Assembly (NCBI GenBank): GCA_964596735.1
Contig: CAZQVF010000001.1
Coordinates: 74,135 to 138,134, forward strand
DNA: 64,000 bases
Source of the DNA: an uncultured Gammaproteobacteria bacterium
GTDB lineage: Bacteria > Patescibacteriota > Patescibacteriia > UBA2591 > UBA6264
Direction: 5' to 3'
Below the pieces are notes generated by a model that saw only the letters and a list, made by a program, of their open reading frames with translations, was not told the origin of the DNA and ran no database searches. The position numbers and the translations under genes are program-made. Below are positions 9,801-21,545 of this stretch, in pieces. Within the stretch, counting starts at the first letter, position 1, and each line of letters starts with the position of its first letter.

Positions 9801-11430
9801 GATGGAAGCACATAAGACAGGATTAGTGGAACAAAGAGACGAATTAGTTAAAGAATTAACAGGAGAGCGACCAATTACTCCCCCTGAAGCTGCTCCTGTT
9901 GAACAAGAGATAACCATTCTAAAAGAGCCTGTTACAGAAGAAACAATAATTAGTCTGGAAGCTGGTTTTGCCAAAGAATTTCCTAAATTAGCTGATAAAT
10001 TAATAGAAACAGGGCACTTCAAAGTTGATGAAAGCTTAGATACATTTGATCAATCCGCTTTTAATGAGGTTCAAAAATTGGCAGACCTTACTCCGGAAAC
10101 ACCAGATGAAGAGGTTCTTTGTGGGGAAGCAAAAGACTTTTTACAAGAATTTGAAAAGAAGTTACCAGAGGTCCATGAGAGAATGTTAGATGAGTTTGAA
10201 AAAATTGTTCCTGATCATAAGGCGTCTTTAATAGCAGAGAGAGATGCATTAATAGACGAGTTAACTGGAGAAACAACTCTGGCAGTTGAACACCTTGATT
10301 ACCAGGGCGGTAACAGTGTTTGGCGTGAAGTTGAAAATCAATTACAAGGAAGAGCTGGGTTTAAAGATTTATTCACCGGCGGGGATGAAGCAGAACAAAC
10401 TCATGCTATTGACTATTTTAAAGACAAAATTGTAGCTAATCCTCAAGAATACGGGTTGGCCGAGGCGGTTGATCCAGATGAATTAACACCAGAACACTTA
10501 AAAAGTGTAGACTGGGATAAATTACTTTCTGTTAAAGAGGGAGAAATTGATAAAGCCTTCCCAAATTTAACCGAAGAAGCAAAGCAAAATATTATAGAGA
10601 ATAATAGAATTTTACAAGAATATGTTAGTAGAACAGGAGAAGCCTTAGATACAGATACGGTTGACCAGATTTTAGAAGATGTTAAAGAAGCAGGAGGCGT
10701 TGATGAATATTTAAAACCAGAAGAAATAGTAAGACCAGAAGAAGTTGAACAACCAGAACCGGTTGATTTAAGTGGGATGAAGTGGGAAGACATGACACCA
10801 GCCGAACAAGAATTACTTGAAAATTGGGGAGAATATTTATTCATAGGTGACCGGGGCAGAGCAGCTGAGGCAGCTCAAGAGGCAGCTAAGGATTTTCTAG
10901 ATAGTCAACCACCAGAAGTGTATAACAAATATTCTGATGTTAAAGAAGTAATTCAGTATATTCGCATGGATGATTTAAATGAAGGCCTTTTCAATCGTGG
11001 CGCAGATACAGAAGACTTAATGGCCGGTGTTCAAAAATTAGCTGAAACACATGATCTCTCTGATACGGAGACCAAGCTATTTTCTAATTGGTTGGCCGGA
11101 GAAGACGGTATATTAAAAAAGAATGATTTTAGGCATGTAATAACAAATAAAATTATTGACCCAGAAAAGTTTAGTGATGAAATACAATTTTTTAAAGAGG
11201 GATACGGGGGCTCAGAAGAACTTCCCGACACTTTGACTTGGGAACCAAGACATATTTATACTGGAGAAGGGGCAGACAGAATAAAGCAATTGGTTAATAT
11301 AAGGGCAGTTGAAGGTGGTTGTCAAATAGATTCTACTGGTGATGGAATGCCTGATCAAGATGTTGTTCATCAAAGATTAGCAGTTAAACAAATGATGAGC
11401 AAAGAAGTGATAAATACAGCAGAGGCATAA
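6817..11430 (+). CDS. Large (1537 aa) coiled-coil/acidic protein with glycine-rich membrane segments and internal repeats
   Basis: Three Gly-rich hydrophobic segments, an E/P-rich C-terminal half, a duplicated ~75-80 aa unit, possible LysM-like GGNSVWREVENQL. Confidence 0.85.
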   Translation: MIKENKTGPDRGEPENENQEEIFSLQNKISIKREAQEQNKRLLRGSILETTNAQIDEDIAELNRQLEQLGVKEEISPEIGVEAIEDRRVELIQKVDTEKQEFDEEGELTPDQEQEIALEERGGLVDISEKAGVVTQKTKELLSKELGYIDIEPKEIFEKLTPKDLDELQMLMKGGKRFEKLEQELVASRKELQDLEDTGIFFNKKEKRKKKERMQEINQEIKKKEKEIKELKEEGNKEEIITFYKNKINEIAVSQGIEEKLTEEKAEEIAKNLQETIQQTIDAQAQEVIAKFGLKKFGKMAGGMIKNMGLMFGAAALIGTLGIATGGAGVVVMAGGMALTRLIEKKISGKIREEKAKKTKEKFKQKLEKEKDKVLESFFKAKEKLREKMSGVMSNEIRRQTSKEASALLREYRDAKVSGNTEIIESNLTELEKEFYLSALTKIKAEHPKIKDEEQQHNMAIQMAMNLAQYERGEIEGKKRLEDLKKDKPKVYKLVQKFNLLRSGVTDKKPEGMSKKETSLWNKYKYDLTSLGVGTAIGMAVRTSELGRVAFGALGGVGMGYMMGEAVGKRAEKKGIKEIEKMIDQAEEVIEDISFPANELPDLRKNATLVQSRLELGLLDVDPVLKSRAENFIHNVRQVEFANQKTLNKLLEQQENNNKKLEKQVEKDVTRIEKKTKRRRILAMVGGGLAGGLAAGAFTETGKDILKDIRGLGEEGPGIEPRGPGSIEGGIKGTPFVAAEFPSAPDSLSDSAQETYNHLKNIIQGTEGKLGPTLVRAQAEDVAEQLKTAAPEQWEEILENYKSGDVVEETIKQASSAPEAPVPEPEEIKIALNLEKPGISIDESAFAKEMPELANELKELEVSLKSFDQNTFNQIRNLTELTDTNPVIRDQALAFLKKFEEGAPQLHEQMLNEYDKTFVPEAPAPETPGVSEEVTKPSWEQEVGREEFDLEKITQEQFNQLQENLQELGPTQAKADALTLMEKLKETDIDKYQKMMEAHKTGLVEQRDELVKELTGERPITPPEAAPVEQEITILKEPVTEETIISLEAGFAKEFPKLADKLIETGHFKVDESLDTFDQSAFNEVQKLADLTPETPDEEVLCGEAKDFLQEFEKKLPEVHERMLDEFEKIVPDHKASLIAERDALIDELTGETTLAVEHLDYQGGNSVWREVENQLQGRAGFKDLFTGGDEAEQTHAIDYFKDKIVANPQEYGLAEAVDPDELTPEHLKSVDWDKLLSVKEGEIDKAFPNLTEEAKQNIIENNRILQEYVSRTGEALDTDTVDQILEDVKEAGGVDEYLKPEEIVRPEEVEQPEPVDLSGMKWEDMTPAEQELLENWGEYLFIGDRGRAAEAAQEAAKDFLDSQPPEVYNKYSDVKEVIQYIRMDDLNEGLFNRGADTEDLMAGVQKLAETHDLSDTETKLFSNWLAGEDGILKKNDFRHVITNKIIDPEKFSDEIQFFKEGYGGSEELPDTLTWEPRHIYTGEGADRIKQLVNIRAVEGGCQIDSTGDGMPDQDVVHQRLAVKQMMSKEVINTAEA

Positions 11431-11460
11431 CAAACAATATTTAAAAGATTGAAATATTAA

Positions 11461-11491
11461 AAGAGGGGTGGACAGTTGTCACACCCCTTTT
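11461..11491. terminator. Hairpin terminator between convergent genes
   Basis: AGGGGTG..GACAGTTGTC..CACCCCT followed by a T-run. Confidence 0.7.
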
Positions 11492-11518
11492 CTGTAAGGC
11501 GTTTGAAAATAATTGAGA

Positions 11519-12082
11519 TCACGGAGTTGTTGAGGTTCTCGGAGCTTTGGTAGTTTTTGGGCGCTTCTCCAGTGCTTCAATCCTCTGGTTGAGCTGGTCA
11601 ACCTGAATGATTTTCTGCATCTGTTCTGGGGTAAGGCGTTTGACAACCTCATCCCAAAGGTTCTGGTTTCCGCACAATACGTACTGATCCCAGGCCTTTT
11701 GTCCAAGGGAATCCCAGTCAGCCCCGTACGCGGCCTTGAAAACCGTTTCGGAAAGATCGTTAATTTTCCGACCATGGGTCTCAACCAGTCCCCGGGTTTC
11801 TGTTAAACGTTTGTGGAGTTTTTTAACGCAACGGGCGTTTCTTTCAGCTAGGGCTCGGAGAGTGTCGTTTTCAGCTTCTACACTGGTAACTCGATTTTCA
11901 ACACTTTTAACCCGCTTTTCAACGGACTCGATTTTCAGATCCACATCGGCGTGATATCCTTTCATGTCAGTAGACAGGGCAATCACGGCGCTCTTCGGTG
12001 CATAAAACACGGCGATGAGAGCGATCGAAATGCCCACTAATGTAAGGGCGATTCCAACAAGGATTTTTTCACTCTTTTTCAT
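11519..12082 (-). CDS. Membrane-anchored coiled-coil ORFan
   Basis: N-terminal TM helix, heptad repeats, SD AAGGAGG, visibly higher GC than its neighbours. Confidence 0.8.
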   Translation of the reverse strand: MKKSEKILVGIALTLVGISIALIAVFYAPKSAVIALSTDMKGYHADVDLKIESVEKRVKSVENRVTSVEAENDTLRALAERNARCVKKLHKRLTETRGLVETHGRKINDLSETVFKAAYGADWDSLGQKAWDQYVLCGNQNLWDEVVKRLTPEQMQKIIQVDQLNQRIEALEKRPKTTKAPRTSTTP

Positions 12083-12140
12083 GAGACGGTCCTCCTTCTT
12101 TCGTTAGTTTTTTGTCTCGTATGTTTTCAAAGATATTATA

Positions 12141-12168
12141 AGTATAGCAGATTTTCAAAATTTGTCAA
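12141..12168 (-). promoter_or_regulatory. Sigma70 promoter for the 12082 gene
   Basis: Minus strand TTGACA-N16-TATACT with TG extension. Confidence 0.65.
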
Positions 12169-12255
12169 TCCCTGTTTTTACCCCCTTTTTTAAGCTAAAA
12201 ATGAGGAATTTCAGGGTTGTTTTATTTATCAGTTTTGGTATAATATGGTTATTAA

Positions 12256-14334
<2,079 letters not shown>

Positions 14335-14410
14335 GTCTTGTCAAATTATCAGGTTCTGCTATATTTTAAATAGTAAGGCCGTCAAAAGGTCTTTTTAAAG
14401 AACAGAAATT

Positions 14411-14593
14411 ATGTTTAACAAATTAACTAACTACATTAAAAATTCAATTATTGAACTTAAAAAGGTGAGCTGGCCAACAAAACAACAGGCAGTTCGTCAC
14501 ACGCTTTTAGTGATTGCTATTAGCTTGGTGGTCGCTGCCTTTTTAGGAGTTATAGATTTTATATTAACCAAAGTTTTACAGTTAGTTATCTAA
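14411..14593 (+). CDS. secE: Preprotein translocase subunit SecE
   Basis: ELKKVSWPT plus a TM helix; upstream of nusG. Confidence 0.93.
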   Translation: MFNKLTNYIKNSIIELKKVSWPTKQQAVRHTLLVIAISLVVAAFLGVIDFILTKVLQLVI

Positions 14594-14594
14594 C

Positions 14595-14635
14595 TATAAG
14601 CAGAGCTTGAAATTAAAAAACATTTTAATTATAAT
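14595..14635 (+). repeat. Dispersed repeat, copy 3; near-consensus promoter before nusG
   Basis: TATAAGCAGAGC-TTGAAA(14607)-N17-TATAAT(14630), 5 nt before the nusG ATG. Confidence 0.8.
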
Positions 14636-14640
14636 ATAAA

Positions 14641-15186
14641 ATGCCTAAACAAATACAAAAAGAAGGTCGGCGTTGGTATGCTATTCATGTTTATTCTGGT
14701 TATGAAGAAAATGTAGCAGAAAATCTTCGCCAACGCGTTGATTCAATGGATATGTCTGACCGGATTTTTCAGATCATTGTACCTACGGAAAAAAGAATTA
14801 AAATAAGAAATGGACGACGTCGAGTAATTAGGGAGAAAATTTTCCCCGGGTACGTTTTAGTAGAAATGGATGTTACAGATGATTCTTGGTATTTGGTTAG
14901 AAACACGCCCAGTGTCACTGGATTTATCGGTTCTGGTACTACGCCGATTCCTTTAGCTGATGAAGAAATAAAATCCATTCAAAAGAGAATGGGAGTAGAG
15001 GAGCCAAAATATAAGATTGATATTGATCCTGGTACACCAGTAAGAATTATTGACGGGCCTTTTAAGGGGTTTGAGGGCAAAGTTTCAGAAGTAGATGAGG
15101 AAAGAGGAAGAGTCAAGGTTTTAATTTCTGTTTTCGGTAGAGAAACACCAGCCGAACTAGACTTTTTACAACTTAAAAAACTTTAA
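14641..15186 (+). CDS. nusG: Transcription elongation factor NusG
   Basis: [23 protein letters not shown] motif [11 protein letters not shown]. Confidence 0.97.
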   Translation: MPKQIQKEGRRWYAIHVYSGYEENVAENLRQRVDSMDMSDRIFQIIVPTEKRIKIRNGRRRVIREKIFPGYVLVEMDVTDDSWYLVRNTPSVTGFIGSGTTPIPLADEEIKSIQKRMGVEEPKYKIDIDPGTPVRIIDGPFKGFEGKVSEVDEERGRVKVLISVFGRETPAELDFLQLKKL

Positions 15187-15188
15187 TC

Positions 15189-15614
15189 ATGGTAAAAAAA
15201 GTAAAAACAATAATTAAATTACAAATTCCTGCTGGACAAGCTAACCCCGCTCCTCCAGTTGGCCCGGCTTTGGGTCAACACGGACTTGGTATTGCCGAAT
15301 TTTGTAAACAATTTAATGACCAAACCCAAAAACAAGTGGGAAATGTTATTCCAGTTGAAATCACAGTTTATGAAGATCGGACTTATAGTTTTGTTTTAAA
15401 AACTCCTTTAACAGCTGATTTACTTAAAAAGGCGGCTAATATTGAAAAGGGCTCTGGCAAGCCCTTACAGGAGAAGGTTGGCAAAGTCAGCAAAGAAAAG
15501 GTTAAAGAGATTGCTAAAATAAAATTACCAGATTTAAATACTGACAATCTTGAGCAAGCCGTAAAAGTGGTCGAAGGAACGGCTCGACAAATGGGTTTAG
15601 AAGTTGAGAAATAA
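15189..15614 (+). CDS. rplK: 50S ribosomal protein L11
   Basis: [15 protein letters not shown]. Confidence 0.97.
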   Translation: MVKKVKTIIKLQIPAGQANPAPPVGPALGQHGLGIAEFCKQFNDQTQKQVGNVIPVEITVYEDRTYSFVLKTPLTADLLKKAANIEKGSGKPLQEKVGKVSKEKVKEIAKIKLPDLNTDNLEQAVKVVEGTARQMGLEVEK

Positions 15615-15615
15615 C

Positions 15616-15632
15616 CAGAGCTTGAAATTAAA
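15616..15632 (+). repeat. Dispersed repeat, copy 4 (core only)
   Basis: CAGAGCTTGAAATTAAA, identical to 14601-14617; lies between rplK and rplA. Confidence 0.7.
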
Positions 15633-15651
15633 GAAAACCAATTTTAAAAAT

Positions 15652-16329
15652 ATGCACAGCAAAAAATATAAAGCTATTGAAGAAAAAATTAATAAAGATA
15701 AGACATATACATTAGAAGAAGCAATAGGTTTTATTAAAGAAAATCCTTTAACTAAATTTGATGAGACAATTGAACTTCATGTTCGTTTAGGTATTGATCC
15801 ACGAAAAACAGAACAGCAGGTTAGAGGAACAATACTTTTACCCAGTGGTGCGGTTAAGAAAAAAAGAATTGCTGCCTTTGTTAGTTCAGACAAGGAAAAA
15901 GAGGCAAAAGAAGCAGGGGCTGATTTAGTGGGAGGATTAGATTTAATTGAAGAAATCAAGACAACTAATAAATGTGATTTTGACTTAGCAATTGCTGAGC
16001 CAGATTTAATGAAGAATTTATCCCAGATTGCCAAAATTTTAGGCCCGAGAGGATTAATGCCCAATCCAAAAACGGGCACGGTAACAACAGAAATAAAAAA
16101 AACTATTAAAGAGTTACAAAAAGGAAAAATTAGTTTTAAAAATGATGCCGGAGCAAATCTTCATCAGCCTGTTGGTAAAATTTCCTGGACTGAAGATAAG
16201 ATTAAAAATAATGTGGAGGCATTTTTAGATGCGGTGAAAAAAACTAAACCAGGAGGAGTGAAAAAAGCCTTTATTCAGAGTATTGTTTTATCTTCAACAA
16301 TGGGGCCAGGCATTAAAATTCAACTTTAA
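15652..16329 (+). CDS. rplA: 50S ribosomal protein L1
   Basis: KFDETIE, LGPRGLMPNPK, STMGPG; start at ATG 15652. Confidence 0.96.
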   Translation: MHSKKYKAIEEKINKDKTYTLEEAIGFIKENPLTKFDETIELHVRLGIDPRKTEQQVRGTILLPSGAVKKKRIAAFVSSDKEKEAKEAGADLVGGLDLIEEIKTTNKCDFDLAIAEPDLMKNLSQIAKILGPRGLMPNPKTGTVTTEIKKTIKELQKGKISFKNDAGANLHQPVGKISWTEDKIKNNVEAFLDAVKKTKPGGVKKAFIQSIVLSSTMGPGIKIQL

Positions 16330-16358
16330 ATCATAAATAAATTTTAAAAATTAAATTT

Positions 16359-17042
16359 ATGAAAAAAGGTAAATTTATTGTTTTAGAAGGGACGGATGGT
16401 TCGGGCAAGACAGTTCAATTTCAGCATTTATTAGCCAGATTAATAAAGCAGAAAATTAATGTGCGGACCTTGGACTTTCCTCGTTATGGAAAACCATCTT
16501 CATATTTTGTTGAACAATATTTAAAAGGCAGTTATGGCAGTTGGAAAGAAGTAGGAGCTTATCGAGCTTCTCTTTTTTACGCTTTAGATCGATTTGCCGC
16601 TTCCTCTAAGGTTAAAAAATGGCTAAAGCAGGGTAGGGTAGTGCTTTCTAATCGATATGTTGGTTCTAACTTAGGACACCAAGGCGTTAAGATAAAAGGC
16701 AGGGCAGGGAGAGAAAGATTTTTTAAATGGGTTAACGAGCTAGAGTATAAAATTTTAGCCTTACCTAAACCAGATATTAATATTTTCTTGCACATGCCTG
16801 CTAAAATCGCCTATACTTTAGTTGATAATAAAGGAAAACGTGAATATTTAGGGTGTAAAAGAAGAGATATCCATGAACAGGATATCTCTCATATTAAACA
16901 GGCAGAAAAAGTTTTTTGTGAAGTAGTTAAATTATTTCCTAAAGACTTTACTACAGTTGAATGTGTTGAAAAAGGAAAACTCTTGTCAATTGAAAAAGTA
17001 GAAGAAAAAATCTGGCGAATAGTAAAAAGGTTTTTAAAATAA
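16359..17042 (+). CDS. tmk: Thymidylate kinase
   Basis: FIVLEGTDGSGKT P-loop, FPRY, LFYALDR, NRY. Confidence 0.92.
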   Translation: MKKGKFIVLEGTDGSGKTVQFQHLLARLIKQKINVRTLDFPRYGKPSSYFVEQYLKGSYGSWKEVGAYRASLFYALDRFAASSKVKKWLKQGRVVLSNRYVGSNLGHQGVKIKGRAGRERFFKWVNELEYKILALPKPDINIFLHMPAKIAYTLVDNKGKREYLGCKRRDIHEQDISHIKQAEKVFCEVVKLFPKDFTTVECVEKGKLLSIEKVEEKIWRIVKRFLK

Positions 17043-17044
17043 AT

Positions 17045-18451
17045 TTAGCTAATTTTCCTCTTAATCATTGGCCCCTGATCAGTGTCTTCAATTTCAAATC
17101 CAAGATTATTAATTTTTTGACGAATTTGGTCAGCTTCTGACCAATTTTTTTGTTGACGCAGTTCTTGTCTTTGACCAATTAACTTTTTAATTTCACTGGG
17201 GACCCTTGATAAAGCGATTTTTGTTTTAGCAAAATCCAAACCAAGAACCTTGTCAAATTCTAAAAGGGTGGCCATTTTTTTATTCTCTGGATAATCGCTT
17301 TTAATTAAATCCCAAACAATAGCCAGGGCCTGAGGCGTGTCTAAATCATTATTAATGGCTTGTTTAAATTTTTGCTCCTCAGACTCTATTACTTCTCCCG
17401 GCTTAGGATAATGAGCAATAGATTGATAAAGATTATTTAAAGCATTTTTCGCTGATTTAAGGTTTTCCCAACTAAAACTTAATGGAGAACGGTAATGAGC
17501 GCTCAAACAAAGATACCGATAGGCTAATGGTTCAAACCCTTTTTTAATTAAAGTTAATAAAGTAATAAAGGATTCACCGCTTTTAGCCATTTTTTCCTTG
17601 TCTAAAATTAAAAATTCATTATGCATCCAATAGTTAGCCAATGATTTATTCTGAGCGGCTTGAGCCTGGGCGATTTCATTGGTATGGTGAACAGGAATGT
17701 GGTCAATTCCACCAGTATGAATATCAAATGGCTGATCCAGATACCTAGTTGACATAGCCGAACATTCAATGTGCCAGCCGGGCCAGCCTTTTCCCCAAGG
17801 AGACTTCCATTGCATAATATGATGCTTGCCCCTGCCCACGGCTTTAAACCATAGAGCAAAATCAGTCGGATTTTTCTTTTCTGGATTTATTTCTACGCGA
17901 GCCCCTGGCTTAAGTCCTTTAATATCTAATCGAGCCAACTGACCATAATTATCAAGCTTGGCAGTGTTAAAATAAAGGCCATCAGAGGTTTCATAGGCAT
18001 AGCCATTATTTTGTATTTGCTGAACCATTTTAATCACTTCTTTAACATGCTTGGTTGCCTTACACCATTTATTTGGTTTAAGAATATTAAGCTTTTTAAT
18101 GTCATTTTTAAAAGCCTTGGTGTAAAAATCAGCCGTTTGTTTCATTGATTTTTCATTTAATTCCTTGCCCTCACGCTTCAAGGCTTGAATCATTTTATCT
18201 TCTCCTTCGTCTGCATCAGAAGTAAGATGGCCAACATCAGTAATATTGACCACGTGTTTTATTCTATACTGATTGTATTTTAATGTTCTTTTTAAAATAT
18301 CAGCAAAAATATATGCTCGCAAATTGCCAATGTGAGCATAGTTATAAACAGTCGGACCACAACTATAGAGTCCAACAAAACCTTTTTTAATAGGTTTAAA
18401 TATTTGTTTTTTTCTAGATAATGTATTGTAGAGCCTTATCTCTAAAGCCAT
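17045..18451 (-). CDS. cysS: Cysteine--tRNA ligase
   Basis: CGPTVY, HIGN, GWHIECSAM, KMAKS. Confidence 0.97.
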   Translation of the reverse strand: MALEIRLYNTLSRKKQIFKPIKKGFVGLYSCGPTVYNYAHIGNLRAYIFADILKRTLKYNQYRIKHVVNITDVGHLTSDADEGEDKMIQALKREGKELNEKSMKQTADFYTKAFKNDIKKLNILKPNKWCKATKHVKEVIKMVQQIQNNGYAYETSDGLYFNTAKLDNYGQLARLDIKGLKPGARVEINPEKKNPTDFALWFKAVGRGKHHIMQWKSPWGKGWPGWHIECSAMSTRYLDQPFDIHTGGIDHIPVHHTNEIAQAQAAQNKSLANYWMHNEFLILDKEKMAKSGESFITLLTLIKKGFEPLAYRYLCLSAHYRSPLSFSWENLKSAKNALNNLYQSIAHYPKPGEVIESEEQKFKQAINNDLDTPQALAIVWDLIKSDYPENKKMATLLEFDKVLGLDFAKTKIALSRVPSEIKKLIGQRQELRQQKNWSEADQIRQKINNLGFEIEDTDQGPMIKRKIS

Positions 18452-19371
18452 TTTTTGCTTTTAAAATAGAAAACCAATCCACTAAAGATAGTAATCATAA
18501 TAAGAATAATTATCCAAAAGGAGAAAGGATTATCAATTAAAGGCATGAATTGTAGATTCATGCCAAAAATAGTGGCAATTAAAGTAATAGGAAGGATAAT
18601 AACAGAAATAGTGGTTAGAATTTTAATAACATCATTAAGCTGGAAAGAAATCAACGAATTGTTTGTTTTTTCAGTTGCCTCAATGCTTTGCCTTAGATTT
18701 TCTAAATTTCCCCAAATATCATCAATGGTTTCTAAGAGTTCATCAAAATATATTTTAAACTGGCCAGTTGAAAAAAAGATATTACTCTTTTTTAAAAGTT
18801 TTGAAACAACCAAACGGTGAGCCTGCATTATTTTTCTAAAATTAACAATATTTGTTTTAGATATCAAAATTTCTTTGACCATTTTCTTTTCATAGCCTTG
18901 GAAAATATGGTTTTCAATGCTGGTGATATTAAGGCCGAGAGTGTCTAAAATAGGGAGACAATAGAAAAATAAACGACTTAAAAGTTCGCGAATTAATGCA
19001 GAAGGGTTTTCAAAGAAATATTTTTTTTGCTGAGATTTACTAATTTTACAAGAATTAAAAAAACTGATTAAAGGAGAAAGTTCTCCCCGATGAACAGTAA
19101 TTAAATAGTCAGAATTGATAAAAAAGTCAATTTCTGAAGAAGTTACTTTTCTGGTTTTACGATTGTAAATAGGAAAAAGAAGAACCATGAAAATATACTT
19201 TTCAGTAATATCAAGCTTTGGGCGCTGAAGCGCAGAAAGACAATCATTTAAATGAACTGGATGAAACCCAAATTTTTGTTGAAGATACTTCATTTCTTCT
19301 GGAGAGCAACGAGAAATGTCAATCCAGGAGAAATCTTTTGTTTTTATTTTTTGAATAGTAGGAAGGTTCAT
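18442..19371 (-). CDS. corA: CorA-family Mg2+/divalent cation transporter
   Basis: FGMN motif and two C-terminal TM helices. Confidence 0.9.
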   Translation of the reverse strand: MNLPTIQKIKTKDFSWIDISRCSPEEMKYLQQKFGFHPVHLNDCLSALQRPKLDITEKYIFMVLLFPIYNRKTRKVTSSEIDFFINSDYLITVHRGELSPLISFFNSCKISKSQQKKYFFENPSALIRELLSRLFFYCLPILDTLGLNITSIENHIFQGYEKKMVKEILISKTNIVNFRKIMQAHRLVVSKLLKKSNIFFSTGQFKIYFDELLETIDDIWGNLENLRQSIEATEKTNNSLISFQLNDVIKILTTISVIILPITLIATIFGMNLQFMPLIDNPFSFWIIILIMITIFSGLVFYFKSKKWL

Positions 19372-19457
19372 ATGTATAAATTAATATTTATTACTCTTTA
19401 TATTTTACCATTTTAAAATAGTTTGCCAACACCTTGAAAAGTGTTAAAATATGGTAT

Positions 19458-19507
19458 AAGAACCTGCTTCGCAGCACCTTGAAATTAAAAAACATTTTAA
19501 TTATAGA
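19458..19507 (+). repeat. Dispersed repeat, copy 5 (upstream of murB)
   Basis: AAGAACC-TGCTTCGCA-GCACC-TTGAAATTAAAAAACATTTTAATTATAGA. Confidence 0.85.
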
Positions 19508-19529
19508 AACAAAAAAAGACTTAAATCAA

Positions 19530-20393
19530 ATGATCGAAGAGAAAATAGAAAAGAATATTAACCTAGCTCCATTAACCACCTTTAAAATTGGCGGACCAGC
19601 TAAATATTTTTGCCAGGTAAGAACAGAAAAGGAGTTGATCCAGGCAATTAAATGGGCTAAAAAGAAAAAAACCCCCTATTTTGTCATTGGCGGAGGGAGT
19701 AATCTTTTAATTTCTGACAAAGGATTTAAAGGATTAGTAATCAAATTATCAATGGAGCAATGTCAATTAATAGAAAATAAGTTGTTATTAGGGTCAGCTT
19801 TAAGATTGAGCCAGGCAGTCAGGTTTTTAGTAAAAAACAATTTAACTGGTTTAGAATGGGCCGCCGGTATTCCCGGAACTGTTGGCGGAGCCGTGCGCGG
19901 TAATGCCGGGGCATTTGGTCAGGAAATTTCAGACTGTTTATTAAAAGCCATTGTTTTAAGAGGAAGTAAAATTATCGAGTTAAAAAACAAAGAAATAAGA
20001 TTTACTTATCGCCAAAGCATCTTTAAGAAAAATAAGGACATTATTTTAAGTGTAGTTTTAAAATTAAAAAAAGGAGAAAGACGGAAAAATGAAAAATTAA
20101 TTCAAAATAATATTCAACGCCGAAAAAAGGGGCAACCCTCTCAACCCAGTGCCGGATGCATTTTTAAAAATCCAAAACAAAAAAATGCTGGGGCATTGAT
20201 TGATCAATGCGGGCTAAAGGGGAAGCAAATTAGGGGAGCAAAAGTTAGTGAAAAACATGCTAATTTTATTATTAATACTGGTCAGGCTAAGGCTAGAGAT
20301 GTTAAAAATTTGATTGAATTAATTAAAAAACAAGTCAAAGATAAATTTAATATAGAGTTAAAAGAAGAAATCGAATATTTAGGTGAGTTTTAA
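19530..20393 (+). CDS. murB: UDP-N-acetylmuramate dehydrogenase
   Basis: TTFKIGG, GGGSNLL, GIPGTVGGAVRGNAGA, SAGCIFKNP, HANF; start moved to ATG 19530. Confidence 0.95.
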   Translation: MIEEKIEKNINLAPLTTFKIGGPAKYFCQVRTEKELIQAIKWAKKKKTPYFVIGGGSNLLISDKGFKGLVIKLSMEQCQLIENKLLLGSALRLSQAVRFLVKNNLTGLEWAAGIPGTVGGAVRGNAGAFGQEISDCLLKAIVLRGSKIIELKNKEIRFTYRQSIFKKNKDIILSVVLKLKKGERRKNEKLIQNNIQRRKKGQPSQPSAGCIFKNPKQKNAGALIDQCGLKGKQIRGAKVSEKHANFIINTGQAKARDVKNLIELIKKQVKDKFNIELKEEIEYLGEF

Positions 20394-20396
20394 TTT

Positions 20397-21086
20397 ATGC
20401 AATATCAGTTTCCAACTTTAAGGTTTTATTTAGCCGGTTTAATAATTCTAATTCTAATTTTTTTCTTTACTTGGTTTCCCAAAGCCCAGGTAGATTTAAT
20501 AGTCGCCTCAGAGCCCTTGATCATGGATTTTGAAATAAAATTAGACAGCCTTACAGAGACAATACTTTTTAACCTGGATACGGTTCCGGCCAGAGTAATT
20601 ATTAGCCGAGATAAAGAAGTCTGGTCTGAGTATAAATTTAGGGAGGAATTAGAGGACGATAAAACAGAACAGATAATTGTTTTTAAAGAAAAAGATTTAG
20701 AAGAATTAGTTATCTACAAGATTCAAAATTTGTTAAGTGAAGCTGGGCAAGAATTAATTAATGATGACCAGTTTTCAGAAGTTGAGTTAGGAAAACAGGT
20801 TTTTGCCTTTCATCCAGAAAAATGGGAAATTGAAGTCTTAAAAAAAGACTTTTCCAATGGACAGGGGACAATCAAGATTTCCTTAGAAGAAGAGGTGATT
20901 AAGAAATATGACCTTGATAAATTAAAGCAAGAAATTAGGTTTAAAAAAAAGAGCTTGGCCAAGCAAAATCTAGAGAACTTATTAAGCATTAAAAAAGTAG
21001 AGATAAACTTACGGCCTTGGTTCTGGCAGCAAATGCCAGTTTTTTCTAATCACATCAACTTTTCTATTAAGCTTTTGGATAGCTAA
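20397..21086 (+). CDS. Membrane-anchored hypothetical protein (short CPR baseplate-J-like type)
   Basis: N-terminal TM then PKAQVDL, C-terminal VEINLRPWFWQQMP; family assignment from recollection only. Confidence 0.55.
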   Translation: MQYQFPTLRFYLAGLIILILIFFFTWFPKAQVDLIVASEPLIMDFEIKLDSLTETILFNLDTVPARVIISRDKEVWSEYKFREELEDDKTEQIIVFKEKDLEELVIYKIQNLLSEAGQELINDDQFSEVELGKQVFAFHPEKWEIEVLKKDFSNGQGTIKISLEEEVIKKYDLDKLKQEIRFKKKSLAKQNLENLLSIKKVEINLRPWFWQQMPVFSNHINFSIKLLDS

Positions 21087-21092
21087 AAATGC

Positions 21093-21120
21093 TTGACAGT
21101 ATTTAATAAATGTGTAAAAT
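21093..21120 (+). promoter_or_regulatory. Sigma70 promoter for the infA ribosomal cluster
   Basis: TTGACA-N16-TAAAAT. Confidence 0.6.
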
Positions 21121-21156
21121 AAATTATACTTTCAACATTAAAATATTGTTACTTCT

Positions 21157-21387
21157 ATGCCTGATCGTGAAAAAATCTCAAAGGATTTTTTAACTGCCGA
21201 AGGCGTCGTTGAGGAGCTATTCCCCTCAGCTAGCTTTCGCGTAAGACTAGAAAATGGAAAAGACATTTTAGCTCACCTTTCTGGAAAGATGAGAATACAT
21301 CGCATTAAAATTTCGCCAGGTGATCGAGTAAAATTAGAGATGAGTCCTTATGATTTGACCAAAGGCAGGATTGTTTATCGTTTCTAA
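21157..21387 (+). CDS. infA: Translation initiation factor IF-1
   Basis: [26 protein letters not shown]. Confidence 0.96.
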   Translation: MPDREKISKDFLTAEGVVEELFPSASFRVRLENGKDILAHLSGKMRIHRIKISPGDRVKLEMSPYDLTKGRIVYRF

Positions 21388-21398
21388 ACCATTAAGTT

Positions 21399-21512
21399 AT
21401 GAAGGTAAGAGCGTCAGTTAAAAAGATTTGTCGTTCGTGTAAAGTTATTCGACGCGGCAAAAAGCTTCGCGTTATTTGCAAGAACCCTAAACATAAACAA
21501 AGACAAGGATAA
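21399..21512 (+). CDS. rpmJ: 50S ribosomal protein L36 (not in the ORF track)
   Basis: Manual translation [37 protein letters not shown]. Confidence 0.97.
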   Translation: MKVRASVKKICRSCKVIRRGKKLRVICKNPKHKQRQG

Positions 21513-21545
21513 TCGCGCTTTTGCGCGTAATTTTAACTTATAAAT

